NCBI GenBank assembly: GCA_963747195.1
Contig: CAVVDV010000005.1
Span: 262,814-326,813 of the forward strand
Length of the DNA: 64,000 nt
Source of the DNA: an uncultured Actinomycetes bacterium
Lineage (GTDB): Bacteria; Actinomycetota; Acidimicrobiia; IMCC26256; JACDBD01
Direction of reading: 5' to 3'
Shown here: positions 54,003-63,609 of the stretch, piece after piece
Numbering within the stretch: position 1 is the stretch's first letter
Layout of the letters: each line of letters starts with the position of its first letter
Program-made: the position numbers and the translations under genes
Notes under the pieces: model-generated
The model's input: only the letters and a program-made list of their open reading frames with translations
Database searches by the model: none
What the model was told of the DNA's origin: nothing

Positions 54003-54699
54003 GTGTCGCATTGGCTGAAGACCCCGCACTGGTCGTCCGACATCCCGCTCGACACCCCGCATCCGCGGCTCGACGCGCTCGACGAACGCGGCTTCGTCCA
54101 CCTCCGGGATCTCGACGGAGCCGATCCCCGAGTCCGAGTACCTGGCGCTCGAGTACATGGACTGGAAGAGCGGCGGCGACACGAACTTCGCGCCGATCGC
54201 CACCGCCGACGGCGAGCTCGACTGCCGCGGCTTCTGGAAGCCGGGCGACGAGCGCCCCGACAAGGACGGCAAGTTCACGATCAACGCCGAGCGTTGCCCC
54301 GAGATCAAGCGCTACGTCGAGGCGGTGGGCGCCAACTTCGGACGCGTGCGGGTGATCAAGCTCGAGCCGCAGGACTACGACACGGCCCGGCGCCAGATGC
54401 ACCGCGACGACAACAACCGGTTCAACCCGCCGGACCAGGGTTGGGTCGTGCGGTCGTGGCTGGAGCTGACCGACTATCCCGACAGCTTCATGATCCTGAT
54501 GGAGCAGAACGAGGACGGCCTCCCCGACCCCGACACCGAGGCCCACATCCCGCTCCACCGCGGCTCCCAGTTCCTGCTCGACACCCAGCGCCTCTGGCAC
54601 GTCGTGTGCCACACCGGCGACGCCCCCCGCTACGCCCTGATCTCGAGCTTCGAGAGCGGTCCCGCCCTCGAACGCTGGGTCGACCGCGAGCTGCCGTAG
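54003..54699 (+). CDS. Aspartyl/asparaginyl beta-hydroxylase-like cupin protein, one frame break near 54140 as assembled
   Basis: The N-terminus is in ORF 54003..54716 and the body in ORF 54157..54699. The body reads ERCPEIKRYVEAVGANFGRVRVIKLEPQ...MHRDDNN...VRSWLEL...GSQFLLDTQRLWHVVCH. The spacing is reminiscent of the AspH-family HxD...H pattern. The family call is from memory. Confidence 0.5.
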
Positions 54700-54805
54700 A
54701 CCGGAGATCTGAGTAGCGGGTACTCAGGCCAGGGCCGGGCGGTCCGTGGTTTCCTGTCCGCGACGGAAGAGCAGGGTGGACTGATCGCGGGGCAAGGAGC
54801 GAGTC

Positions 54806-55447
54806 ATGGGCATGTTCAAGAAGTTCAAGTCAATGACCGGTTCGGTGGACAAGGATCTGCTCAAGAACGGGCTGCTCGGACGGGGCACGCTCATGGAGGT
54901 CCAGCAGACCAGGGTGAGCACCGGCGGCGATGACGCGTTCTCCCGGCCGGTGTGCGTGTTCACGGTCGAGGTCGCGCTCGACAACGTGCCCGTGTACACG
55001 GCCTCCTGCCGGCAGTCGGTCCCGATCACGGTCCTGCCGCGGTTGGTGCCCGGCCAGACCGTGACCGCGGTGCGGGTGAACCCCGACAACCACGACGAGA
55101 TCGCGCTCGACCTCGCCACCGAGCCGCCCGAGGTCATGATGGCCCAGGGCTCGGGGCAGGCGACGGCGGCTGACGTCCTCGCGAGAGGCAACCCGGTGCG
55201 CGCGGTGATCGTGCAGACGCAGCCCCTGGGCATGAAGAACCCGCAGGGCGTCGACATGCACGCCTTCATCCTGACGGTCATGTCCGACGGCCAGAAGCCG
55301 TACCAGGCCAAGGTGGGCAACCCCGTCCCCGAGGACGCCGTGCCGCTCCTCTTCCCCGGGTCGAACCTGCCGGCGAAGGTCCTGCCCGAGGAGGCTCAGG
55401 GCGTCTGCATCGACTGGACCGCCGCGCTCGCAGAGTTCACGAAGTAG
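54806..55447 (+). CDS. Hypothetical protein built from two homologous about 85-aa domains
   Basis: ORF 54806..55447 is intact, with AAGGAG upstream. The first half reads GRGTLMEVQQTRV...VCVFTVEVALDNVPVYTASCRQSVP...LVPGQTVTAVRVNPDNHDEIALD. It parallels the second half, GNPVRAVIVQTQPLG...MHAFILTVMSDGQKPYQAKVGNPVP...LFPGSNLPAKVLPEEAQGVCID. Confidence 0.5.
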   Translation: MGMFKKFKSMTGSVDKDLLKNGLLGRGTLMEVQQTRVSTGGDDAFSRPVCVFTVEVALDNVPVYTASCRQSVPITVLPRLVPGQTVTAVRVNPDNHDEIALDLATEPPEVMMAQGSGQATAADVLARGNPVRAVIVQTQPLGMKNPQGVDMHAFILTVMSDGQKPYQAKVGNPVPEDAVPLLFPGSNLPAKVLPEEAQGVCIDWTAALAEFTK

Positions 55448-56309
55448 CCGCCAGCGCGTGGTCGAGCGCGGCGGCGAGCTGGTCGGGGGATTCGAGCATC
55501 GGGTAGTGGCCGATGCCGCGCAGCCGCACGAGCGTCGCGTCCGGTCGCGTCTCGTGAACCCGTTCGGCCATCAGCCAGACGGCGATCGGGTCGAGGTCGC
55601 CCCACACGATCGTCAACGGTGACGGGTGGCGCTCGATCGCGCCGGTCCAACGGCGTTCGTGCTCGCGGCGCTCCTCGACGTAGCGGATCGTGCGCGGCAG
55701 CAGGCGGTCGCCGCCGTCCCGGAGGATGAGCTCGGCGCCCACCTGCACGTCTTCGTCGGGCACCAGCGCGTCGGGCGCGAACGTGCCTCGGAGCGCATCG
55801 ACGAGCGCGTCGCGCCCGAGCCCGTCGGCCAGCCGTTCGTCCGGCAAGGCGAGCAGGAGCTGCTGCCCGTCGGTCAGGTGCGCCATGTCGATGTACACCG
55901 AGCCGTTCGTGAGGACGCGGCGCGTCACGTCGAACGACAGCGTGCCGTCAATGCTCCGGGCGAGCAGCTCGCCGCCGACCGAGTCGCCCATGTCGTGGGT
56001 GACCAGCGCGACCTCGTCGAGCCCGAGGTCGCCGGCGACCGCCTCGACCAGGTCCGCCTGCTCGAACAGCGAGTAGCGCTGGTCGGGCTTGTCCGAGAGG
56101 CCGAAGCCGAGGAGATCGGGCACGACGACCCGGTGGCGGCGCGCGAACCGGTCGAGGACGCGATGCCAGTCATGCGACGACGTCGGGAAGCCGTGGAGCA
56201 CGAGGACGGGAGGCCGCGCGCCCCCGTCCGCATCCGTCGGTGACCGGTCCACGACGAAGACCCGATGGCCCGATACGTCGTGGTACTCACCGCGCTCGTT
56301 CCCACGCAT
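55437..56309 (-). CDS. Alpha/beta hydrolase
   Basis: The gene uses an internal ATG (MRGNERGEYHDVSGHRVF...) of ORF 55437..56372. It contains VLVLHGFPTSSHDW and the nucleophile-elbow-like VTHDMGDSVG. It is intact. Confidence 0.8.
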   Translation of the reverse strand: MRGNERGEYHDVSGHRVFVVDRSPTDADGGARPPVLVLHGFPTSSHDWHRVLDRFARRHRVVVPDLLGFGLSDKPDQRYSLFEQADLVEAVAGDLGLDEVALVTHDMGDSVGGELLARSIDGTLSFDVTRRVLTNGSVYIDMAHLTDGQQLLLALPDERLADGLGRDALVDALRGTFAPDALVPDEDVQVGAELILRDGGDRLLPRTIRYVEERREHERRWTGAIERHPSPLTIVWGDLDPIAVWLMAERVHETRPDATLVRLRGIGHYPMLESPDQLAAALDHALAATS

Positions 56310-56396
56310 CGACTCCAACGTCACCCGACACCACCGCGGCATCGTAAGCTCCGCCGCCGTGCCGGTGATCACCGCACATCCAGTCTGGGCCTCGTT

Positions 56397-57263
56397 GTGG
56401 CGACGTCACCAACGCCGCGTTCCCGCCGGTTCGACGCCGGGGGCGTGAACCTCGCCGTGCACGAATGGGGTGGCGACGGCCACCCCGTCCTGCTCGCGCA
56501 CCCGACCGGCTTCCACGGCCTCACGTGGGCGCCGGTGGCGGCGCGGCTCGTCGACGCCGGGCGGCGGGTGTGGTCGTTCGACTACCGCGGGCACGGCGAC
56601 AGCGACAAGTCACCCGACGGCTATCGGTGGTCGGAGTTCGCCGACGACGTCATGGCCGTCGTGCACGAGCTCGGCCTCGCCGGTGAGGCGACGTTGCTCG
56701 CGTGCGGTCACTCGAAGGGCGCCGCGTCACTCCTGCTCGGCGAGGCGCGTGAGCCGGGCACCTTCGCCCGCCTGTGGTGCTACGAGCCGATCGTGTTCCC
56801 GAGCGACGAGCCGCTGGAGCCCCGGCACGACTTCCCGCTCTCGGAGGGCGCTCGCCGCCGCCGCGCCGTGTGGCCGTCACGTGACGAGGCGTTCGCGTCG
56901 TACGGGTCGAAGCCTCCGCTCGACGTGCTCGACGCCGCCGCGCTCCGCGCCTACGTGGAGTACGGGCTGGGCGATCGGCCCGACGGTCAGGTCGAGCTGA
57001 AATGCCGGCCGGAGGACGAGGCCACCATCTATGCGATGGGCGTCGCCAACGGCGTGTACCCGCGGCTTCGCGACGTGCGCTGCCCGACGCTCGTCGTGTG
57101 CGGCGAGCACACGGACGCGATCCCGCCCACGCTCGGCGAGATGATCGTCGAGCGGCTTCCAGCCGGCCGGCTCGAGGTCATGCCCGGCGTCGGCCACTTC
57201 GGGCCGATGCAGGACCCCGACGCGACCGTCGAGTCCATGCTCCGATTCGCGGCTGCGACCTGA
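56397..57263 (+). CDS. Alpha/beta hydrolase
   Basis: The GTG at 56397 lies within ORF 56265..57263. It contains VLLAHPTGFHG, FDYRGHGDSD, ACGHSKGAAS and GVGHFGPMQDPD. It is intact. Confidence 0.8.
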   Translation: MATSPTPRSRRFDAGGVNLAVHEWGGDGHPVLLAHPTGFHGLTWAPVAARLVDAGRRVWSFDYRGHGDSDKSPDGYRWSEFADDVMAVVHELGLAGEATLLACGHSKGAASLLLGEAREPGTFARLWCYEPIVFPSDEPLEPRHDFPLSEGARRRRAVWPSRDEAFASYGSKPPLDVLDAAALRAYVEYGLGDRPDGQVELKCRPEDEATIYAMGVANGVYPRLRDVRCPTLVVCGEHTDAIPPTLGEMIVERLPAGRLEVMPGVGHFGPMQDPDATVESMLRFAAAT

Positions 57264-57285
57264 GAGCCCGCCACTAGCGTCACCG

Positions 57286-57780
57286 GTGATGCTCCACGAA
57301 CGGAACGCAGCCCGCGTGGTGCTGGTCGCCGACGGGCGGGTACTGCTCCAGCAGGGCTTCGATCCCGGGAGGCCCGAGGCCGGTACGTGGTGGATCACGC
57401 CCGGCGGCGGCGTGAACGACGGGGAATCCGTCGAGGATGCGGCGGTGCGGGAGGTCCTCGAGGAGACAGGGCTCCACCTCTCGCCGGCGCAGCTCGGACC
57501 GGTGATCGCGACACGCGTCGCCTACTTCGAGTTCGACGGTCGCCAGTTCCGCCAGAGCGAGTCGTTCTTCGCCGTGCACGTCGAGACGTTCACGCCCCAG
57601 CATCACGGGTGGGACGAGGTCGAGCAGCGAGCGCTGCTGGATCACCGGTGGTGGAGCGTCGCCGAGCTGCGGGCGACCGACCAGGCGGTGTACCCGAGAG
57701 AGCTGGCTGACGTGGTCCAGGCCGTCATCGACGGCACGCTCAGCGGGCCGATCCGGCTCGACACGGCCCGGCAAACCTGA
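57286..57780 (+). CDS. NUDIX hydrolase
   Basis: ORF 57286..57780 carries the Nudix box GGGVNDGESVEDAAVREVLEETG. It is intact. Confidence 0.85.
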   Translation: MMLHERNAARVVLVADGRVLLQQGFDPGRPEAGTWWITPGGGVNDGESVEDAAVREVLEETGLHLSPAQLGPVIATRVAYFEFDGRQFRQSESFFAVHVETFTPQHHGWDEVEQRALLDHRWWSVAELRATDQAVYPRELADVVQAVIDGTLSGPIRLDTARQT

Positions 57781-57827
57781 GCGCCGCGCCCCGTGCGCGC
57801 AACTGCACGCGGCGAAGGTGCAGTCAG

Positions 57828-58763
57828 ATGATCGAGGTCCGAGGTCTGACGAAGCACTACGGGACGACGGTCGCCGTCGACGGTCTGTCGTTCCAGGTGC
57901 CGGCGGGCCGGGTCACCGGGTTCCTGGGGCCGAACGGGGCGGGCAAGACGACGACCATGCGCCTCATCCTCGGGCTCGACGCGCCGACGAGCGGCAGCGT
58001 GACCGTCAACGGCGAGCCCTACCGCCGGCGGCGCTTCCCGATCCACGACGTCGGGGCACTGCTGGACGCGCAGGCGCTGCACCCCGGCCGCAGCGCGGCG
58101 AGCCACTTGTGGTCGTTGGCGCAGAGCAACCGCATCGGGCGGCACCGCGTCGACGAGGTCCTCGGCATGGTCGGCCTGTCCGACGTCGCGGCGCGCCGGG
58201 CCGGGCCGTTCTCGCTCGGGATGAAGCAACGCCTCGGCATCGCCGGCGCGCTGCTGGGTGATCCCCAGATCCTGTTGTTCGACGAGCCCGTGAGCGGCCT
58301 CGACCCCGAGGGCATCGTCTGGATCCGCGACCTCTTTCACCGGCTTGCAAGAGAGGGACGCACCGTCTTCGTGTCGAGCCACGTCATGAGCGAGATGGCG
58401 CTCACCGCGCAGCACCTCATCGTCATCGGACGCGGCAAGCTCATCGCCGACGACAGCATCGAGCACATCACCGCCGGCGCGGGATCTTCGGTGCTCGTGC
58501 GATCGCCCCGACACGACGAGCTCATGGCCTTGCTCACGAGCGACGGGGCGACGGTTCGCAGCGAGGGAGGCGCGTTGACGGTGATCGGCGTCGACGCCGC
58601 CCACATCGGCGACCTCGCCGCCCGTCACGGCATCGCGCTGCACGAGCTCAGTCCGCAGCGGGCATCCCTCGAAGAAGCGTTCTTCGAGCTCACCGACGAG
58701 AGCGTCGAGTACCACGGCGCCGACCTCACGAAGAGCGGCGCGACCACGGAGAACCGCCGATGA
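57828..58763 (+). CDS. ABC transporter ATP-binding protein (ABC-2 exporter type)
   Basis: ORF 57828..58763 has Walker A GPNGAGKTT, the signature FSLGMKQR and Walker B ILLFDEP. It is intact. Confidence 0.9.
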   Translation: MIEVRGLTKHYGTTVAVDGLSFQVPAGRVTGFLGPNGAGKTTTMRLILGLDAPTSGSVTVNGEPYRRRRFPIHDVGALLDAQALHPGRSAASHLWSLAQSNRIGRHRVDEVLGMVGLSDVAARRAGPFSLGMKQRLGIAGALLGDPQILLFDEPVSGLDPEGIVWIRDLFHRLAREGRTVFVSSHVMSEMALTAQHLIVIGRGKLIADDSIEHITAGAGSSVLVRSPRHDELMALLTSDGATVRSEGGALTVIGVDAAHIGDLAARHGIALHELSPQRASLEEAFFELTDESVEYHGADLTKSGATTENRR

Positions 58764-58817
58764 CCACAGCTGCTCCCACCACGGCCGAGACGACCCCGCC
58801 CGACGACGCGGTCACCC

Positions 58818-59612
58818 GTGATTCCCGGACCCCGCGGCCGGATCCTCCCGGCCGTCGTCCGCTCCGAGTGGACCAAGATCCGCTCCGTTCGCTCGACGGT
58901 CTGGTCGCTGTTCGCCACCTTCGGCATCACCGTCGGGCTCGGCGCGCTGTTCTGTTTCGCCTATGTCCGGCGGTACGACCACCTCAACATCCGGCAACGC
59001 CTGACGTTCGACCCCACGGTGCAGAGCCTGCGCGGCCTGTTCCTCGCGCAGATCGCGATCGGGGTCCTCGGCGTGCTGGTCATCAGCTCCGAGTACGCCA
59101 CCGGCCTCATCCGAACCACGCTGACCGCGGTTCCGCAACGCCGAACCCTGCTCGCGGCCAAGGCCATCGTGTTCGGCGCGGTCGCGCTCGTCGTCAGCAT
59201 GATCTCCGTGTTCGTGGCGTTCTTCGTCGGCCAAGCCGTGCTCCACGGCAAGCACCTCGGCGTCGCGCTCGGGGATCCGCACGTGCTGCGAGCCGTCCTC
59301 GGCGCCGGCGTCTACCTCACCATCGTCGGGCTGCTCGGCCTCGCGCTCGGCGCCATCGTGCGCCGCACCGCGGGTGCCATCGCCACGCTCTTCGCCGTCG
59401 TGCTGGTGCTCCCACTCCTGACTCGGGCGCTGCCCAGCCCCTGGGACACAGACATCGGCAAGTTCCTCCCCGCCGAGCTCGGCGCCGCGATGTTCAACGT
59501 GCGACCCGATTCCAGCCTGCTCTCGCCCGGCACCGCGCTCGTCGTCGCGCTCGTGTGGCTCGTGGTCGCGTTCACCCTCGCGGCCGTCCTGATCACCCGA
59601 CGCGACGCGTAA
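58818..59612 (+). CDS. ABC-2 family transporter permease
   Basis: ORF 58818..59612 has six hydrophobic segments and the N-terminus VVRSEWTKIRS. An alternative start is the ATG at 58760, which overlaps the ATPase stop, but it needs one frame change near 58815. Confidence 0.8.
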   Translation: MIPGPRGRILPAVVRSEWTKIRSVRSTVWSLFATFGITVGLGALFCFAYVRRYDHLNIRQRLTFDPTVQSLRGLFLAQIAIGVLGVLVISSEYATGLIRTTLTAVPQRRTLLAAKAIVFGAVALVVSMISVFVAFFVGQAVLHGKHLGVALGDPHVLRAVLGAGVYLTIVGLLGLALGAIVRRTAGAIATLFAVVLVLPLLTRALPSPWDTDIGKFLPAELGAAMFNVRPDSSLLSPGTALVVALVWLVVAFTLAAVLITRRDA

Positions 59613-59639
59613 CCGTCGGCTGCCGGTCAAGATGGGCCG

Positions 59640-60466
59640 GTGCCGTACGACCCGACGATCTACCGAGGGAGCGCCCGCTACTACGCGCCCGGTCGTCCGC
59701 CGTACTCGCGGGAGCTCGTCTCGACGCTCACCGACGAGGTCGGCCTCGACGGATCCGGTCGGCTGCTCGACGTCGGATGCGGTCCGGGAATCCTGACCGT
59801 CGAGCTCGCGCCTTCGTTCGACGAGGCGATCGGCCTCGACCCGGATGCGGACATGCTCCGCGAAGGCGCGCGTCGCGCGGACGAAGCCGGCGTCGACAAC
59901 ATCGATTGGGTCGAGGCGCTCGCGGAAGACATCCCCGAACTCGATCTCGGGACGTTCCGGCTCGTGACGTTCGGCCAGTCGTTCCAGTGGACCGATCAGG
60001 TCCGCGGTCGCGGAAGCCATCTACGACCTGCTCCAGCCTGGCGGCGCGTTGGCGCTCGTCGTGAACACCGTCGAAGGTCGGCCCGAGCCCGAGGGACCCG
60101 GCTTACCCGCCGATCCCGCACGACGAGATCCGCGAGATCATCCGCCGCTACCTGGGATCCCGCCGGCGTGCCGGGCAGGGGTACCGCCTCGACACGTTCG
60201 AACGGTACGAGGACGCACTGGCCCGGACTCGGTTCGGGAAACCGCGCGTCGTTTGGGCGCCGGGCCGCCCCGACGTCGTCCGCGACGTCGACGGCGTGCT
60301 CGCCGGCTACCTCTCGATGTCCTACGCGGCGCCGCACCTCTTCGGCGACCGGCTCGATGCGTTCACGGCCGACGTGCGCGCGCTGCTGACCGAGCGCTCA
60401 CCCAGCGGCCTGTTCTGGGACTGGCCGGGCGACACCGAGATCCTCCTCGCTCCCAAGCTGGGTTAG
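59640..60466 (+). CDS. Class I SAM-dependent methyltransferase, 2-3 frame breaks as assembled
   Basis: ORF 59640..60389 has motif I RLLDVGCGPGILT. PGGALALVVNT is in ORF 60049..60708. The C-terminal part IREIIRRYLGSRRRAGQGYR...LFWDWPGDTEILLAPKLG was translated by hand, with its stop at about 60464-60466. Confidence 0.7.
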
Positions 60467-61587
60467 GGCGGGACGAGGTCCCAGTTGCCGGGCTCGCCGA
60501 CGACCCGCCAGTCTCCATAGGTCTTGAGATCGTGGTGATGCGAGCAGATGCGCCAGGTGTTGAGGATGTTGGTCTCGCCGTGTTCCTCGATCGGGACCAC
60601 GTGGTCGACCTCGAGGAACTGGTCGTTGGCGCACGACTTGACCCCGCAGCTCGGGTAGCGGGCCTCGAGCGCCCGGCGCAGCTTCGCCGGGATCGTGCGC
60701 TTGGGTGACGAGACGGCCGTGATGTCGTCGCCGTCGCGCACCATCACCGCGACCGACGCGTCGTCGAGCAGCGCTCGGGCCGTCGTGACCGGCACCGGCC
60801 CGACCCGGTCGATCTCGCAGCGCTCCCCGTTCTCGGTGTGGCCGCGGGCCAGCGCCGCGCTGTCGACCGTGACACGTACCTCCACCGGCTTGCACGGGCC
60901 TTCACTCGCCAGCGCCACGAGCGCGTCGGCGGCGTAGGCGGCGCGCGGCTCGCGTCGCCCCGCTCGACGGGCATCGCAGAAGATGCGGTCGACGTGTGCC
61001 TTCCACGCCGAGCTGAACCGCGCCCCGGCGTCGGGTGCCATGCGAGCGCTGAGGCAGTACGCGCCATCGGGATCGGTCCACTCATGCGCCTTGCGCTCGA
61101 CGTGCAGCCGCCGCGCCCAGGCTCGGTCGTCGGCCTCGGCTCCGGCGCGCACCTGCCGGCACCGATCGCGCAGTCCCTTCACGCTCGTCTCGGCCGCCGT
61201 CTCCAACAGCTCCCGCTCGGCGCCCGGATCTGCGCCTGCCGCGCCGCGATCTCCGCCGCCTGCGTTCCGGACAGCTCGCCGGCGCGGAACGCGGCGTCGG
61301 TCTCGGGCAACTGCTCGAGCGCCCGCGCCGTCTCCAACGTCCGGGCCGCGGCACCAACCGTCTCGCCGGTCGCCTCGGCCACCCAGTGCGCCGCGCTGCG
61401 ATGCCCGCTGTCGCGCCAGACCTTCGTCTCCTCGACCCGGCGCGCCAGCGCGAGCCTTGATCGCCGTGCACAGCCGCTCGGCACGGGCGGCGTCGTTGAA
61501 GAGCTCCACGGCACGCGGCGCATCGAACGTGCGTGGGATCAACTCTCGAGAGATCTGCTCGAGCTCGCCGAGCACCTGCGCGAACAC
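60463..61587 (-). CDS. DUF222-type HNH endonuclease (mycobacterial REP13E12-like family), 2 frame breaks as assembled
   Basis: The GTG at 61587 is in frame with ORF 60463..62676 and has GGGGGAGG upstream. The N-terminus reads FAQVLGELEQISRELIP. The middle part WRDSGHRSAAHWVAEATGETVGAAARTLETARALEQLPETDAAFRAGELS is in ORF 61179..61523. The C-terminal HNH region reads RYPSCGVKSCANDQFLEVDHVVPIEEHGETNILNTWRICSHHHDLKT. Confidence 0.8.
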   Translation of the reverse strand: MFAQVLGELEQISRELIPRTFDAPRAVELFNDAARAERLCTAIKARAGAPGRGDEGLARQRASQRGALGGRGDRRDGWCRGPDVGDGAGARAVARDRRRVPRRRAVRNAGGGDRGAAGADPGAERELLETAAETSVKGLRDRCRQVRAGAEADDRAWARRLHVERKAHEWTDPDGAYCLSARMAPDAGARFSSAWKAHVDRIFCDARRAGRREPRAAYAADALVALASEGPCKPVEVRVTVDSAALARGHTENGERCEIDRVGPVPVTTARALLDDASVAVMVRDGDDITAVSSPKRTIPAKLRRALEARYPSCGVKSCANDQFLEVDHVVPIEEHGETNILNTWRICSHHHDLKTYGDWRVVGEPGNWDLVPP

Positions 61588-61630
61588 GCCTCCCCCTCGG
61601 GAACCGGACACCGACCGGGGAAGCAGGAAC

Positions 61631-61659
61631 ATCATACGAACATATGTTCGCCTTGTCAA
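61631..61659 (-). promoter_or_regulatory. Consensus promoter TTGACA-17-TATGAT with embedded LexA-type SOS (Cheo) box CGAACATATGTTCG
   Basis: The minus strand reads cTTGACAaggCGAACATATGTTCGTATGATg. The 14-bp perfect palindrome (61637-61650) fills the spacer. The -35 hexamer overlaps the stop codon (61656-61658) of the upstream LLM gene. Confidence 0.65.
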
Positions 61660-62676
61660 GCCCCGCTCTTGAACCCCTCGACGACGCGTGCCCAGCGCTC
61701 GGGGTCGCTCTTGTACGGCGCGTAGAAGCTGAGGCGGTCGACGACGTCGCCGTAGCGGTCGAGCAGCTTCGCCGGGATCTCCTCGGGCTCGCCGGTGACG
61801 GCGAACGTGCCGAGGATCTCGTCGTCGACGAGCTCGCCCATCTGCTCCCACTCGCCCTGCTTCGAGAGGCGGTTGAGGTCGCCCTGGAGGTCGCCCCAGC
61901 CGTGCAGCTCGAGGACGCCCCGGTACGCGGGCGTCGAGCCGTAGAACGCGATCTGCTGCTTCGTGCCGCGCCGCGCCGCCTCGTACTCCTCCTCGTTGGT
62001 GCCGGTGACCACGAACATCGGTCCCGACAGCTCGAAGTCGCCCCGCTGCTTGCCGGCCCGCGCCCAGCCCCGCTCGAGCGCGGGCATGGTGACCTCGCGC
62101 ACGTAGCGCTCGGTCGTGAAGCCGTGCAGCAGGATCCCGTCGGCGACCTCGCCCGCGACCTCGGTCATGCGCTCGCCCACGGCGGCGAGGAACACCTTCG
62201 GGACGCCGTACGGGTTGGGGCCGGGGTTGAAGAACGGCGTCATGAGCGTGTGGCGGTAGAACTCGCCCCGGAAGTCGAGCTTGTCGCCCGTCGTTCCAGC
62301 ACGCCCAGATGGCGCGCATCGCGAGGATGAACTCGCGCATCCGCTTCGCCGGCTCCGACCACGGCATCGAGAACCGCTTCTCGATGTGCGGCTTGATCTG
62401 GCTGCCGAGGCCGAGGATGAAGCGACCCTTCGTGTACAGCTGGAGGTCGTTGCCGATCACGGCCGTCGACATCGGGTTGCGGGCGAACGCCACCGCGATG
62501 CCGGTGGCGAGCTCGATGCGCTCGGTCTCCAGCGCGGCCAGCGTGATCGGGAGGAACGGGTCGTGGCTCGTCTCGGCGGTGAACACGCCGTCGTATCCCA
62601 GCTCCTCGAGCTCCCGCGCCGCCGCCGGCATCTCCTCCGGCCGGGCCGTCATCACCGTTCCGTCGACTCGCATCAT
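61656..62676 (-). CDS. LLM-class (luciferase-like) F420-dependent oxidoreductase, one frame break near 62280 as assembled
   Basis: The N-terminal part ELEELGYDGVFTAETSHDPFLPITLAA...GRFILGLGSQIKPHIEKRFSMPW is in ORF 60463..62676. The C-terminal part FFNPGPNPYGVPKVFLAAVGERMTEVAGEVADGILLHGF...AFYGSTPAYRGVLELHGW is in ORF 61656..62243. Confidence 0.8.
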
Positions 62677-62750
62677 TCCCCCTGGTCAGCGACCCGCGGA
62701 GGCTACGGGAGATCCGCGTAACCGTCATACCCCGGCGTTACTCTCCGGAT

Positions 62751-63598
62751 ATGGGTCTGGCATTCCCTCCGTCGTTGTCACCGAGCTCCGTTTCGGCGTT
62801 CAAGTCGTGCCCGCTCGCGTTCAAGTTCTCGTACATCGACCGACTCCCCGAGCCGCCCAGCCCGGCGGCCACCAAGGGCACGCTCGTCCACCGCGCCCTC
62901 GAGCTGCTGATGTGCCGCCCCGAGGCCGACCGCACGATCGACGCCGCACTGGTCGACCTCGAGACCGCCCGGGTCGAGATGGCGGACGACCCGGATCTCG
63001 CCGGCCTCGAGCTGACCGACGAGCAGCGGGCGCAGTTCGACGCCGATTCCGAGGAATTGGTGCGCCGGTACTTCCAGCTCGAGGACCCGCGCACCGTGCG
63101 CCCCAACGGCCTCGAGCTCAAGCTCACGGCCCAGTTCGGCCGGGTCAAGCTGCGCGGGATCATCGACCGCCTCGAGATCGACGACGACGGCGAGTTCGTC
63201 GTCACCGACTACAAGACCGGCTCGGTGCCGAGCGAGTACGCCGAGAACCAGCGGCTCTCGGGCGTCCACATCTACGCGGCACTCTGTGAGCAGATGCTCG
63301 GCAAGAGGCCCGCCCGCGTGCAGCTGTACTACCTGTCGAAGCCCGAGGCCATCATCGCCACGCCCACCGAGCAGTCCGTCGCCGGCGTCGGACGGCGCGC
63401 CGACGCCCTGTGGGCGGCCATCCTGCGGGCCTGCGAGCGCGACGACTTCCGACCCCATACCGGTCCGCTCTGCGACTACTGCACCTTCAAGCCGTACTGC
63501 CCCGCTTTCGGCGGCGATCCCGTGCAAGCGGCCGAGCTGCGCGGCCCGGGCACGATGATCGAGCCGAGCCTCCCGCTCGGTCGTCGGCTAGCTCCTGA
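62751..63598 (+). CDS. PD-(D/E)XK (RecB/Cas4-like) nuclease family protein with C-terminal Cys cluster; 3' end unresolved
   Basis: ORF 62751..63827 reads SPSSVSAFKSCPLAFKFSYIDRL...GTLVHRALE...LRGIIDRLEIDDDGEFVVTDYKTG...VQLYYL...GPLCDYCTFKPYCPAF. The in-frame ORF overruns into the convergent gene. Stops in the other two frames at about 63589-63598 fit the expected length. Confidence 0.7.
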
Positions 63599-63609
63599 CC
63601 GGCGGCGCT

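Noticed and set aside
60463-61660. The HNH/DUF222 gene as a mobile element or IS.
   Set aside because: I saw no terminal inverted repeats, target-site duplication, transposase or integrase. The gene is tightly packed, with its stop overlapping the convergent methyltransferase and its promoter overlapping the upstream stop codon.
60463-62676. A 737-aa ORF that looks like an LLM-oxidoreductase/HNH-endonuclease fusion protein.
   Set aside because: The true C-terminus of the LLM enzyme is in another frame and stops at 61656. The HNH gene has its own promoter, SOS box, RBS and GTG at 61587. The fusion is read-through caused by a frame break.
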